Assembly: GCA_964016885.1 (NCBI GenBank)
Contig: OZ024741.1
Coordinates: forward strand, 6,944,001 to 7,008,000
Origin: Eledone cirrhosa
Taxonomy: Eukaryota
DNA length: 64,000 nucleotides
Direction of reading: 5' to 3'
Shown: positions 41,301-55,900 of the stretch, one piece after another
How positions within the stretch are numbered: the first letter of the stretch is position 1
Layout of the letters: each line of letters begins with the position of its first letter
Program-made: the position numbers and the translations under genes
Notes under the pieces: model-generated
Databases searched by the model: none
What the model saw: the letters and a program-made list of their open reading frames with translations, nothing else
What the model was told of the DNA's origin: nothing

Positions 41301-42797
41301 TGTGTATTGTGTATAGAGAGATGTGTAGTGATGACAGTAACAGCCATGTTGGTAGTTGTGTATAGAGAGATGTGTAGTGATGACAGTAACAGCCATGTTA
41401 GTTGTTGTGTATAGAGAGGTGTGTAGTGATGACAGTAACAGCCATGTTGGTTGTTGTGTATAGAGAGGTGTGTAGTGATGACAGTAACAGCCATGTTGGT
41501 TGTTGTGTATAGAGAGGTGTGTAGTGATGACAGTAACAGCCATGTTGGTAGTTGTGTATAGAGAGGTGTGTAGTGATGACAGTAACAGCCATGTTGGTTG
41601 TTGTGTATAGAGAGGTGTGTAGTGATGACAGTAACAGCCATGTTGGTTGTTGTGTATAGAGAGATGTGTAGTGATGACAGTAACAGCCATGTTGGTTGTT
41701 GTGTATTGTGTATAGAGAGGTGTGTAGTGATGACAGTAACAGCCATGTTGGTAGTTGTGTATAGAGAGGTGTGTAGTGATGACAGTAACAGCCATGTTGG
41801 TTGTTGTGTATAGAGAGGTGTGTAGTGATGACAGTAACAGCCATGTTGGTTGTTGTGTATAGAGAGATGTGTAGTGATGACAGTAACAGCCATGTTGGTT
41901 GTTGTGTATTGTGTATAGAGAGATGTGTAGTGATGACAGTAACAGCCATGTTGGTAGTTGTGTATAGAGAGATGTGTAGTGATGACAGTAACAGCCATGT
42001 TAGTTGTTGTGTATAGAGAGGTGTGTAGTGATGACAGTAACAGCCATGTTGGTTGTTGTGTATAGAGAGGTGTGTAGTGATGACAGTAACAGCCATGTTG
42101 GTTGTTGTGTATAGAGAGGTGTGTAGTGATGACAGTAACAGCCATGTTGGTTGTTGTGTATAGAGAGGTGTGTAGTGATGACAGTAACAGCCATGTTGGT
42201 TGTTGTGTATAGAGAGGTGTGTAGTGATGACAGTAACAGCCATGTTGGTTGTTGTGTATAGAGAGATGTGTAGTGATGACAGTAACAGCCATGTTGGTTG
42301 TTGTGTATTGTGTATAGAGAGATGTGTAGTGATGACAGTAACAGCCATGTTGGTTGTTGTGTATAGAGAGGTGTGTAGTGATGACAGTAACAGCCATGTT
42401 GGTAGTTGTGTATAGAGAGGTGTGTAGTGATGACAGTAACAGCCATGTTGGTTGTTGTGTATAGAGAGGTGTGTAGATGACAGTAACAGCCATGTTGGTA
42501 GTTGTGTATAGAGAGGTGTGTAGTGATGACAGTAACAGCCATGTTGGTAGTTGTGTATAGAGAGATGTGTAGTGATGACAGTAACAGCCATGTTAGTTGT
42601 TGTGTATAGAGAGGTGTGTAGTGATGACAGTAACAGCCATGTTGGTTGTTGTGTATAGAGAGGTGTGTAGTGATGACAGTAACAGCCATGTTGGTTGTTG
42701 TGTATAGAGAGGTGTGTAGTGATGACAGTAACAGCCATGTTGGTTGTTGTGTATAGAGAGGTGTGTAGTGATGACAGTAACAGCCATGTTGGTTGTT
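38301..42797. repeat. 49-bp minisatellite GTGATGACAGTAACAGCCATGTTGGTTGTTGTGTATAGAGAGGTGTGTA (about 90 copies, with 56- and 47-bp variants)
   Basis: Highly homogeneous tandem array. It is stop-free on the minus strand, which produces the spurious long ORFs. Confidence 0.97.
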
Positions 42798-43221
42798 GGG
42801 TTTCTTCATAGAACAAAAATGTTTGAGCAAGGAAGATGGGGAAATAACTTACTCCAACACTTAATTTTAAATATTTAATTTTTAGTTTTTAATTCTTATT
42901 AATTCTTTTTTAATTGTAATACTCAACATTTGATGAGATGAATTTTACTAATACATCGAAACCGGTAATACTTTATATACATTATATACTTTATATACAT
43001 TATATACTTTATATACTTTATATACTTTATATACATTATAAAACTTTTTTTTAAAAAGAATTGTCTCTTTCATTTTTTCAATAATGTATTCTTTTCAATA
43101 ACGTCACTTTGACGAATTAAAGAAAGGAAAAAAAGGAAAAACACCCCAAAATATATTTCCCGTGCTATTTCCAACTTCACCTTTTCTCTATATCCACTGT
43201 TTTGTATAGAACCTCACTTCC

Positions 43222-43253
<32 letters not shown>

Positions 43254-43254
<1 letters not shown>

Positions 43255-43481
43255 GGAAAAAGTATGACCCCGACGGCAGAGCTCAAGCCGTTTCAACGGC
43301 TATTTCTGGACTAAGTTAGAATTTTTAGCCTGATGAAATTCACCAGGCTAAAATAGCCGTCGAAACGGCTTGAGCTCTGCCGTCGGGGTCATACTTTTTC
43401 CTATTTCCCACTCTACTACCCTAAGTATTGAGTACTCTGGTGCGTTATGGTCCATCTGGTTCCTTACCACAATTCCTTTGT

Positions 43482-43482
<1 letters not shown>
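43254..43482. mobile_element. Module-A PLE pseudo-LTR, inverted pair
   Basis: AGGAAAAAGTATGACCCCGACGGCAGAGCTCAAGCCGTTTC is inverted against GAAACGGCTTGAGCTCTGCCGTCGGGGTCATACTTTTTCCT. Same family as 22640. Confidence 0.8.
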
Positions 43483-43513
<31 letters not shown>

Positions 43514-43559
43514 CACACATATATACATATTACATACATACATAAACACACACACACAG

Positions 43560-43630
<71 letters not shown>

Positions 43631-44166
43631 CGCGTGTGTGTTGTATGTGTTCGTATATGTATATATACACATTTATATATAGACATATACATATATACAT
43701 AAACATGCTATATACAGAGAGACACACGCGCCCCAACACACCCACCTATTCATACACCTACACACACGTGCACTGATGCATCTGGGCACGGCTGAACATT
43801 ATCTTCATTAGATTTGTTTCCTAATTCCATACAACATGTTTGCATGATATTGTAATATCATGCAAATACATGAATATCGATATATATACACACATATACA
43901 TATATATACATATATATACACATATATATGTATATACTCCTATATACACTCATATACACATATACACACACATATATATACTTATATACACATATACACA
44001 CATACATATATATACACTTATATACACACATACACACATACATATATATACACTTATATACACATATACACATATACATATATACACATATAGATATATA
44101 CACATATACAGCCATAGGTAATAATGAGACAAATGCAGGTCACACACACACACACACACATATATA

Positions 44167-45591
44167 TCTATATCTATACTATAAAGGTGACGGCCGTATG
44201 TATGTAACAAACTTTCCGCCAGGCGTCTGGAGCAAACGGCACCAAATTTGCACCATAGATGTAACTTTTCCAAGTAAAGACAGTGAGGGTATTTTTGTCT
44301 ACTGTATTTTGTTAAAAGATTAAAGATACTATTTAAATATTCACTTCTTTAAAATTTTCAAATGTTAACACTTCCGGTTATACGACATTCCTCACTCTTT
44401 CTTATGACGTCGCACAACATTCCCCTCTTTTTCTTAGTCTGTATTTTTAGATAGATACATAGCTATAACGTAGCGCCCTTATAATATGTCTCTGTATGAT
44501 AACGTTTTTCGAAATATTTACTTCTGCGTTCACAGATTGATTTTTTTTTAGTTTCAGAAGATCCCGTTAAGGGTGAAAGCCTTTGCTTAAACTTTAATCT
44601 GTTATTTTGATATATATATTCGTGTACAGATATTTTTGCATACACAAATACAAAAACCTATTTATTTCACGAAAGCACAGATGGCTTATCGTCATTGTTA
44701 CTGTTCGAGGTTAGAGGACCACAGTCTTTCCAAGATCTGAGAACCATCAATGGCCATCAATGTTCCACATACCATTTGGCTTGCCAGATGCATGGTATGT
44801 TACACGATGGCAGCCATTGGCACCTCACCCTGCAAGAAGCAGCAACTGCTAAAGTCCCTTCTCAGTTGCGAAAACTTTTTGCTATTATGCTGCACAACTG
44901 CGATCTCGCCGACCCTCTCGCACTGTGGAACAACCACCGCAAAAGTCTTGCTAAGGACATCCTCCACCGCACACGCAGACACAATCCGAACGTAACACGA
45001 TGTCGTTTTCAATGAGGCGCTCATTTGTCTTGAAAACAGTGTCCTGGAGATTGGTGGTAGGCCTCTAAGTCACTACAGCTTACCTGCTCCTGACAGGAGT
45101 GTCCAGAGGTCAACGTCTACAGAGCTTCTCCGCGAGACGAGCTCCGAGATCAGTGCTTCTCCTATGGTCAATTGTATGTAGGATGCTCTAGGGTGAGCTC
45201 GCCAAACAATCTCTTCATCTTTGCTCCGGAGGGCCGAACAAAAAATATTGTATACTCTGAGGCTCTAACAATGTAATTTAAATATTTTCTGTTACTTGGA
45301 ATTTCCATTATAGTTGTACAAATTATTGTTTGTTAAAAAATTTGTTCTCTGTTCAGCCTTTATTGTTATAACTATCAATTTTCTTTAACGTACTGGCTGC
45401 TGAACTGGGGAATCCTAAAAACTATTCAAACCCAACATCAGAGGACATTAACCCCCCCCCCCCCCCCCCCCAACCCAACCTCGCAGACTTGAGAGGGCGT
45501 GCGGTATCTTTGCACTGGAGTGGAGGGGGGATTCCTGAAAAGATAAAATGCCGGTATACCTAGCCGAGCGCCAGCCTGACGGGCCAGATAG
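44167..45591 (+). mobile_element. Internally deleted Helitron
   Basis: 5' end TCTATATCTATACTATAAAG. RepHel peptides LLFEVRGPQSFQDLRTINGHQCSTYHLAC..LQEAA..PSQLRKLFAIML and helicase motif VI CFSYGQLYVGCSRV..RTKNIVYSEAL. The GC-rich 3' end finishes ..GCCAGATAG|T, a variant of CTAG. Confidence 0.88.
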
Positions 45592-45640
45592 TATATATAT
45601 ATATGTATATATGTGGATATGTATTATATATATATATATA

Positions 45641-46080
45641 TTATGTCGGATCACTCTTGAGTGCTACTGGTAACATGTAACCCAGTACAACCTGTCGCAT
45701 GGTCGGGTCGTCGGCGACTAAACCGGCAACCACACCAAGTTTACTTGGTGAGGACAAAAAACAAAACCTGACAAAGGGCGGAAGAACTCGTAAGAATCAA
45801 CGGCCATCCGAAAGTGTGTAAATATGTATATACACATGTACCGCACAGTTAAACCACTGGGAGTGAAGGACCCCTAACTTTTGTCAGGGCATTCTTCTAG
45901 AAGACAACTCAGGAAACTGGGATAACTCCGATATAAAACCTGTAGCTCAGTAGTTACCGATGATGTTCATCTTTTCTTCTTTTCGGGTTATAGCTACTGT
46001 CGCTCAGAGAGTGGGATTGGCTCAGTGCACAGTCTTTTCTCACTTTAAAAATATCTTCACGCACAGGCATTGCACGATAG
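45641..46080. mobile_element. Unclassified interspersed repeat fragment, possibly an RTE-like 5' UTR
   Basis: Non-coding block of higher GC between (TA)n tracts. Its motifs GGCGACTAAACCGGCAACC and ACTCCGATATAAAACC are reminiscent of RTE 5' regions, which is weak evidence. Confidence 0.25.
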
Positions 46081-46144
46081 AATTAATTAATAATTATTTA
46101 TAATTGTATATCGTGCAATGGCCATACTCGATAACGAGAGGGCA

Positions 46145-46184
<40 letters not shown>

Positions 46185-46214
46185 CACACACACACACATA
46201 TATATATATAGTAC

Positions 46215-46348
46215 AGAAATAGCCGTCGAAACGGCTTGAGCTCTGCCGTCGGGGTCATACTTTTTCCTATTACCCACTCTACTACCCTAAGTATTGAGTA
46301 CTCTGGTGCATTATGGTCCATCTGGTTCCTTACCACAATTTCTTCGTT
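46215..46348 (+). mobile_element. Module-A PLE pseudo-LTR fragment
   Basis: AGAAATAGCCGTCGAAACGGCTTGAGCTCTGCCGTCGGGGTC...CCTTACCACAATT, near-identical to 43351-43482. Confidence 0.8.
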
Positions 46349-46407
46349 ATATATATATATATATATATTTATGTATATATATACATACATACATATATAT
46401 ATATATA

Positions 46408-46992
46408 CGTTCCAGAACCAACCGCGATAGATGAAATTCCGCGATATAGGGAAACCCTAAAGACAACCGTTGTTTTCATAGTTTAAGCCTTAAAATACTT
46501 CTCATACACGCTTTAAGTACATATAAACTCATTAAAACACACTTTTGTATTTAAACACCAAAAAACAGCCAGTAACGATCGTATAGAAACTACCACCAAC
46601 CATCGCACCACTAGTTACCAACGAGGACCATTGCCAGTCACGGTAGCCACTTGGTAATACACTGCACATCTCCCGTCAATCTATGAAGTAGTTCGTAGTA
46701 GATTAGAGAAAAACACAATCAGTAAAACAGTAATGGAATGAAAAATAAAAACATTTTTTGATAGTCAAATCCTTAAGATGTCCCTGCCTTACAATAGACA
46801 CTTCAATCACATTGACACATTTAATAATTTTAAATTTTAAACACTTAACTCAGACGTACCGTGATAAGAAAATAGATATGTTCTAACGAAAAACCCGCGA
46901 TGTGGCGAGGATTACCGCGATAGGAAATTAGATACGTCCCATGATGTAGCGAGACCGCGAAAAGTGAACCGCGATATAGCGGGGGATTACTG
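46408..46992. mobile_element. Tigger/pogo-like non-autonomous DNA transposon (left end clipped)
   Basis: Right terminus CCGCGATATAGCGGGGGATTACTG|TA. CCGCGA sub-terminal repeats cluster at both ends. Confidence 0.7.
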
Positions 46993-47114
46993 TATATATA
47001 TGATTCCAGTTCCTCAGTGAAATAACAACCCAACCAGGAACTGGGCATATCAGAGTATTGACAAAGTTAAACACCTCAACAACATGTGTACTCGTCTCTA
47101 CCACACCAATTCGG

Positions 47115-47169
47115 ACTGCCTGAAGAGGTCACAGACAAAGATGGCTGTCACCGAAATATATATAGCAGT
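47115..47169 (+). ncRNA. Type I hammerhead ribozyme (family of 32012)
   Basis: ACTGC-CTGAAGA-GGTCACAGACAAAGATGGCTGTCACC-GAAA-TATATA-TA-GCAGT. Confidence 0.85.
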
Positions 47170-47215
47170 AATAAACGAAGCCAAATTTTAAACATTTGAC
47201 TTATTTATTTCATTT

Positions 47216-47285
<70 letters not shown>

Positions 47286-47426
47286 AGTTTATGTTGGTTG
47301 TATACCAACACCTCAGTATGCAGGTTGGAGCACTCGACGAAGTGCGCAGGTTGGTTTGGTTACTCCGGAGTAGTGTAAAATAAAGTTAAATAAAAGTCAA
47401 ATGATTAAAATTTAGCTTCGTTTATT

Positions 47427-47481
47427 ACTGCTATATATATTTCAGTGACAGCCATCTTTGGCTGTGACCTCTTCAGGCAGT
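47427..47481 (-). ncRNA. Type I hammerhead ribozyme (family of 32012)
   Basis: Reverse complement of the 32012-32066 motif. Confidence 0.88.
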
Positions 47482-48353
47482 TTGAATTAGTATGGTATAG
47501 ACAAGTACATATGTTGTTTAGGTGTATAATATTGTCAATACTCTGATATGCCCAGTTCCTTGTTGGGTTGTTAATTCACTGAGGAACTGGAGTCATATGA
47601 ATTCAAACAAACGAATTTCAGTGTCAAAGGTCCTCATCTCCTCTCATTGGTCAGTTATTAGAACATTCTTCATTCTAAGTGTTGTTATTGTTGGAGTTAG
47701 CTTAAAAAATTGATAAAATGGTAGAAGGGACAAGGTGTTAAAGGAACAAAATAAAAAAAAAAGTGTCAAACTTCCCATTGGTCAGTTCTGAGAGTATTCC
47801 TCAGTCAGAAGTCTATAGAATTCTTTCTGGAGTGAGGCTCCCTGTAGTGATTTTGCTTGCTATTGTTCAGTACATTTGACCTCTACCATTATTTTGGTAG
47901 TGTTGTTGGTGTTGTGGTCAGCTTATATCTTGCTGCTGCTAACAATTTAGAAGTATCCAGTGTATGTTTTTTCTTCATCCCTCCTGCCACCATCATAGTG
48001 GTGGTGGTGGTGGTGTGGTGGTGGTGGGGTGGTGGGGTGGGGGGTTCTTCCATGTATATGAAGAAATATAAGGCAATAAATGAAGAAAACAGAAAATAAA
48101 TAAATAATATAATAAAATAATTAATATAATTTGTATAATTTGAAAATAAATAAATAAATAGAGAATAAAGAATAAAGAATAAAGAATAAATGAAAAATTG
48201 GTGAAAAAGTAATGAAAATGAATATGGAGAAGTGAGAAATAATGTAGGATAAAGTGTGTGTGTGTGCTATAACCAATCTCAAGGTCAGAATATGTTGGAT
48301 AGATTGGTATGAGACAAGATGTTAAGATGAGATAATCAAACGGTTGTAGGGTT

Positions 48354-48985
48354 AAAACCCCCAACTCCGAACACCTCTACACAGGAGCCACATCAACGAG
48401 CTTTAAAGACCGCTGGTACAACCATCGCCATTCATTCAAGAAGGAGGCCAAAAGGAAAAGCACAGCTCTCTCCGACCTGATCTGGAAGCTTAAGCTGGAC
48501 AGGGCCTCATACTCTCTGGCCTGGTACATAATCAGGAAAGTGCCACCCGATAAAGGGGGATCTTGCATATGCAAACTATGCCTGAACGAGACCCTCGAGA
48601 TACTAAGAGGTGGAAGCGGCCTGATAAACCTCAGAACCGACTTCTTCGGGACATGCAGACACCTTAGAGCCGGGACCTTTCTCAAGATATATGGACAGTA
48701 GCAACACAAGAAGATGTGAACTCCCCTCAAGCTATAGGGACTTCTACAGAACATGAAAACACCTCTCGGCCAGACCTCCCTCAAGCTATATGGGCAGTAA
48801 CAACACCCTAGGTTGTGAACTCCCCTCAAGCCATAGGGAACAACCCAGGCTGAGCAGATACCATGAGAGCCTAGAGATAAAATCGGACACAGCCATTATA
48901 ATTTGGCCAACATCTATATAACACAAACACTTTTTAATTTACTAGATTTCTGATTTTCAAGTTCCAATCTTAAATCTTGATTTCT

Positions 48986-48990
<5 letters not shown>
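48354..48990 (+). mobile_element. PLE fragment: GIY-YIG endonuclease C-terminal half plus 3' UTR with short tandem repeats
   Basis: An open frame without Met (missed by the ORF track) at about 48354-48701 reads HLYTGATSTSFKDRWYNHRHSFKKEAKRKSTALSDLIWKLK..WYIIRK..CICKLCLNETLEIL..LINLRTDFFGTCRH. CCCTCAAGC recurs three times downstream. Confidence 0.88.
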
Positions 48991-49029
<39 letters not shown>

Positions 49030-49032
<3 letters not shown>

Positions 49033-49180
49033 GGAGTCGGGGCCCATGCTGGAACTAGCTGTTGAAACGGCAAGAGCTCAGCCGTCGGCCTTTAACTCTT
49101 TATAATATAGTCATACTCTACTACCTCAAGTATTGAGTAAACTGTTGGTCTTACTAGTTTAAAACTGGTTTCATCCTGAT
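49030..49180 (+). mobile_element. Diverged relative of the module-A pseudo-LTR (3' half of an HHR)
   Basis: GAAACGGCAAGAGCTCAGCCGTC...ACTCTACTACCTCAAGTATTGAGTA. Confidence 0.65.
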
Positions 49181-49550
49181 ATATATATATGATAATGGCT
49201 GCAACTCGATATCGAGTAATACCATCGCTTGATACTTAAGCATGAGTATCACGGATGTGGCTTATAATCCAGCTAGGGACTTGCCTATGGCCAGCAATAC
49301 CATGTATCGCAAAATATGTCACATATCAAGCGATGCCTGGGCTTGAAGTTTTACTAAGTGAGGAAAAGCTTTGCACGGAGCCAATCCAACTCTCTGAACA
49401 TCAAATACATTTACCCATTTATTTTTGTCTGGAGCGAGAGACTCCTAGTCTTCATTAAGACATCTCTCTAGGAGGTCTCCTGCATCCAATGATCTAGACC
49501 AGTTCTTCTTTCTGGGAATATACATATATATGTACACACACACACACACA

Positions 49551-49611
<61 letters not shown>

Positions 49612-49695
49612 TAGAAAGTGAGCGCGAAACCGGTAAAGGAACCAAATAAATATATATATTTAAAAAAAAATAAGACTCCAGTTGCATTTTCGATT

Positions 49696-51612
<1,917 letters not shown>

Positions 51613-51659
51613 TTTTTTTTTTTATTATTATACGATGTATATACTATACGTAAATACTA

Positions 51660-51745
51660 TACCACCACCCCACTCTCCAGAGCGTGAAATTAATAAACAT
51701 TCGTTGTACTGCCTCTCTGTTTTGTTCCTGTTCAAATTTTCCATT
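51660..51745 (+). mobile_element. Module-C pseudo-LTR fragment (relative of 23057-23165)
   Basis: ACCACCACCCCACTCTC..GCGTGAAA.TAATAAA..GTACTGCCTCTCTGTTTTGTTCC.GTTCAA. Confidence 0.7.
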
Positions 51746-51827
51746 ATATATATATATATATATATATAATCTCGCAGTTGTTCTGGTCGCTTGTTTTTTA
51801 ATCACTCCACTTCCCCACATCTGTAAA

Positions 51828-52018
51828 TAATTGTTTCTACTTTTGGCACAAGGCCAACAATTACCCAGTACATTACTGGTACTTTATTTTATCGACTCCG
51901 TAAGGATGAAAGGCAAAGTTAACCTCGACGGGATTTGAACTCAGACCATAAAGGGCTGTAACTCTATGCTGAAAATCATGGCGTCCGACCTGCTACCGAT
52001 ACTGCCAATGCACCGCCC
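51828..52018 (-). mobile_element. tRNA-derived SINE (family of 24484)
   Basis: AATTGTTTCTACTTTTGGCACAAGGCC...GGGATTTGAACTCAG...CCGATACTGCCAAT. Confidence 0.82.
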
Positions 52019-52205
52019 TACTGTAAGTAATAATGACACAAATGCAGCACACGCTCTGTCTCACACACACATACACACACATATACTCACACACACATAC
52101 ACAGACATGCACACATATACACAAACATACACACACATACATACAGAGACACTGTAAAAGAGATACGGGTTCCCACTTTGGTCAACTCAATTGTTAATTG
52201 GAATA

Positions 52206-52208
<3 letters not shown>

Positions 52209-52246
<38 letters not shown>

Positions 52247-52277
52247 CACAACAACTACTGCTACTACTACAAGAATA

Positions 52278-52321
<44 letters not shown>

Positions 52322-52424
52322 AACAACAACAACAACAACTACTACTACTACTACTACTACAACTACTACTACTACCACTACTACTGCTACTACTACTACA
52401 ACTACTACTACTACTACTACTACA

Positions 52425-52459
<35 letters not shown>

Positions 52460-52512
52460 CACTACTGCTACTACCACTACTACTACTACTACTACTACTA
52501 TTACTGCTACTG

Positions 52513-52544
<32 letters not shown>

Positions 52545-52585
52545 GCTACTACTACAACCACTATTACCACTACTACTACTACCCC

Positions 52586-52643
<58 letters not shown>

Positions 52644-52720
52644 CACCACTACCACTACCGCCACTACTACTACTACTACTACCACAACTACCCCCTCACC
52701 CTCACCACCACCACTATTAT
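52209..52720. repeat. (ACT)n/(ACA)n/(ACC)n compound microsatellite
   Basis: Direct reading of the sequence. Confidence 0.95.
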
Positions 52721-52975
52721 TATAAACCCAGTAGTCAGCATTATTATCTCAACTGCTACTAACGATAACAGCACAACTTCCACCACTAATACCATCAACC
52801 TTAACAGATGTCCAGAGGGTAAGATATGTACCAACCGAGAGGACAGTAGATCATTCTCCTCCATTAATACAGTGTTGTGTTTGTGATCAAGGCCCGGGTC
52901 ACTCAACAACCTAACGTGCCTTACCAGAAGCGAGCTGGGTTTGAAATCTGGACCAGACATTCGAGGGATACAGAT

Positions 52976-55900
52976 TGACTGCAGACTGCTGAGGGCCAGA
53001 GGTGTGTTTTCACTGCTCAGCTAAGGTGACACTGACTAACAGACTGCTGAGGGCCAGAGGTGTGTTTTCACTGCTCAGCTAAGGTGACACTGACAGACTG
53101 CTGAGGGCCAGAGGTGTGTTTTCACTGCTCAGCTAAGGTGACACTGACAGACTGCTGAGGGAGGGCCAGAGGTGTGTTTTCACTGCTCAGCTAAGGTGAC
53201 ACTGACAGACTGCTGAGGGCCAGAGGTGTGTTTTCACTGCTCAGCTAAGGTGACACTGACAGACTGCTGAGGGCCAGAGGTGTGTTTTCACTGCTCAGCT
53301 AAGGTGACACTGACAGACTGCTGAGGGCCAGAGGTGTGTTTTCACTGCTCAGCTAAGGTGACACTGACAGACTGCTGAGGACCAGGGGTGTGTTTTCACT
53401 GCTCAGCTAAGGTGACACTGACAGACTGCTGAGGGCCAGAGGTGTGTTTTCACTGCTCAGCTAAGGTGACACTGACAGACTGCTGAGGGCCAGAGGTGTG
53501 TTTTCACTGCTCAGCTAAGGTGACACTGACTAACAGACTGCTGAGGGCCAGAGGTGTGTTTTCACTGCTCAGCTAAGGTGACACTGACAGACTGCTGAGG
53601 GCCAGAGGTGTGTTTTCACTGCTCAGCTAAGGTGACACTGACAGACTGCTGAGGGCCAGAGGTGTGTTTTCACTGCTCAGCTAATGTGACACTGACAGAC
53701 TGCTGAGGACCAGAGGTGTGTTTTCACTGCTCAGCTAAGGTGACACTGACAGACTGCTGAGGGCCAGAGGTGTGTTTTCACTGCTCAGCTAATGTGACAC
53801 TGACAGACTGCTGAGGACCAGAGGTGTGTTTTCACTGCTCAGCTAAGGTGACACTGACAGACTGCTGAGGGCCAGAGGTGTGTTTTCACTGCTCAACTAA
53901 GGTGACACTGACAGACTGCTGAGGGCCAGAGGTGTGTTTTCACTGTTCAGCTAAGGTGACACTGACGGACTGCTGAGGGCCAGAGGTGTGTTTTCACTGC
54001 TCAGCTAATGTGACACTGACAGACTGCTGAGGACCAGAGGTGTGTTTTCACTGCTCAGCTAAGGTGACACTGACAGACTGCTGAGGGCCAGAGGTGTGTT
54101 TTCACTGCTCAGCTAAGGTGACACTGACAGACAGCTGAGGGCCAGAGGTGTGTTTTCACTGCTCAGCTAAGGTGACACTGACAGACTGCTGAGGGCCAGA
54201 GGTGTGTTTTCACTGCTCAGCTAAGGTGACACTGACAGACTGCTGAGGGCCAGAGGTGTGTTTTCACGGCTCAGCTAAGGTGACACTGACAGACTGCTGA
54301 GGGCCAGAGGTGTGTTTTCACTGCTCGGCTAAGGTGACACTGACAGACTGCTGAGGGCCAGAGGTGTGTTTTCACTGCTCAGCTAATGTGACACTGACAG
54401 ACTGCTGAGGACCAGAGGTGTGTTTTCATTGCTCAGCTAAGGTGACACTGACAGACTGCTGAGGGCCAGAGGTGTGTTTTCACTGCTCAGCTAAGGTGAC
54501 ACTGACAGACTGCTGAGGGCCAGAGGTGTGTTTTCACTGCTCAGCTAAGGTGACACTGACAGACTGCTGAGGGCCAGAGGTGTGTTTTCACTGCTCAGCT
54601 AATGTGACACTGACAGACTGCTGAGGACCAGAGGTGTGTTTTCACTGATCAGCTAAGTTGACACTGACAGACTGCTGAGGGCCAGAGGTGTGTTTTCACT
54701 GCTCAGCTAAGGTGACACTGACAGACTGCTGAGGGCCAGAGGTATGTTTTCACTGCTCAGCTAAGGTGACACTGACAGACTGCTGAGGGCCAGAGGTGTG
54801 TTTTCACTGCTCAGCTAAGGTGACACTGACAGACTGCTGAGGGCCAGAGGTGTGTTTTCACTGCTCAGCTCAGGTGACACTGACAGACTGCTGATGGCCA
54901 GAGGTGTGTTTTCACTGCTCAGCTAAGGTGACACTGACAGACTGCTGAGGGCCAGAGGTGTGTTTTCACTGCTCAGCTAAGGTGACACTGACAGACTGCT
55001 GAGGGCCAGAGGTGTGTTTTCACTGCTCAGCTAAGGTGACACTGACAGACTGCTGAGGGCCAGAGGTGTGTTTTCGCTGCTCAGCTAAGGTGACACTGAC
55101 AGACTGCTGAGGGCCAGAGGTGTGTTTTCACTGCTCAGCTAAGGTGACACTGACAGACTGCTGAGGGCCAGAGGTGTGTTTTCACTGCTCAGCTAAGGTG
55201 ACACTGACAGACTGCTGAGGGCCAGAGGTGTGTTTTCACTGCTCAGCTAAGGTGACACTGACAGACTGCTGAGGGCCAGAGGTGTGTTTTCACTGCTCAG
55301 CTAAGGTGACACTGACAGACTGCTGAGGGCCAGAGGTGTGTTTTCACTGCTCAGCTAAGGTGACACTGACAGACTGCTGAGGGCCAGAGGTGTGTTTTCA
55401 CTGCTCAGCTAATGTGACACTGACAGACTGCTGAGGACCAGAGGTGTGTTTTCACTGCTCAGCTAAGGTGACACTGACAGACTGCTGAGGGCCAGAGGTG
55501 TGTTTTCACTGCTCAGCTAAGGTGACACTGACAGACTGCTGAGGGCCAGAGGTGTGTTTTCACTGCTCAGCTAAGGTGACACTGACAGACTGCTGAGGGC
55601 CAGAGGTGTGTTTTCACTGCTCAGCTAATGTGACACTGACAGACTGCTGAGGACCAGAGGTGTGTTTTCACTGATCAGCTAAGTTGACACTGACAGACTG
55701 CTGAGGGCCAGAGCTGTGTTTTCACTGCTCAGCTAAGGTGACACTGACAGACTGCTGAGGGCCAGAGGTATGTTTTCACTGCTCAGCTAAGGTGACACTG
55801 ACAGACTGCTGAGGGCCAGAGGTGTGTTTTCACTGCTCAGCTAAGGTGACACTGACAGACTGCTGAGGGCCAGAGGTGTGTTTTCACTGCTCAGCTTAGG

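Noticed and set aside
38116-42830. ORFs of 800-1400 aa on the minus strand
   Set aside because: These are translations of a stop-free 49-bp repeat, with identical peptides in all frames.
43325-43390. Complete HHR formed by CTGATGA at about 43330 with module-A GAAA..GUC
   Set aside because: Stem I does not pair (TTAGC versus GGGGT), and the CTGATGA lies inside its own hairpin TTTTAGCCTG/CAGGCTAAAA.
53020-53035. AGGTGACACT resembling the SP6 promoter (vector contamination)
   Set aside because: Only a partial match that is integral to every satellite unit, with no other vector sequence.
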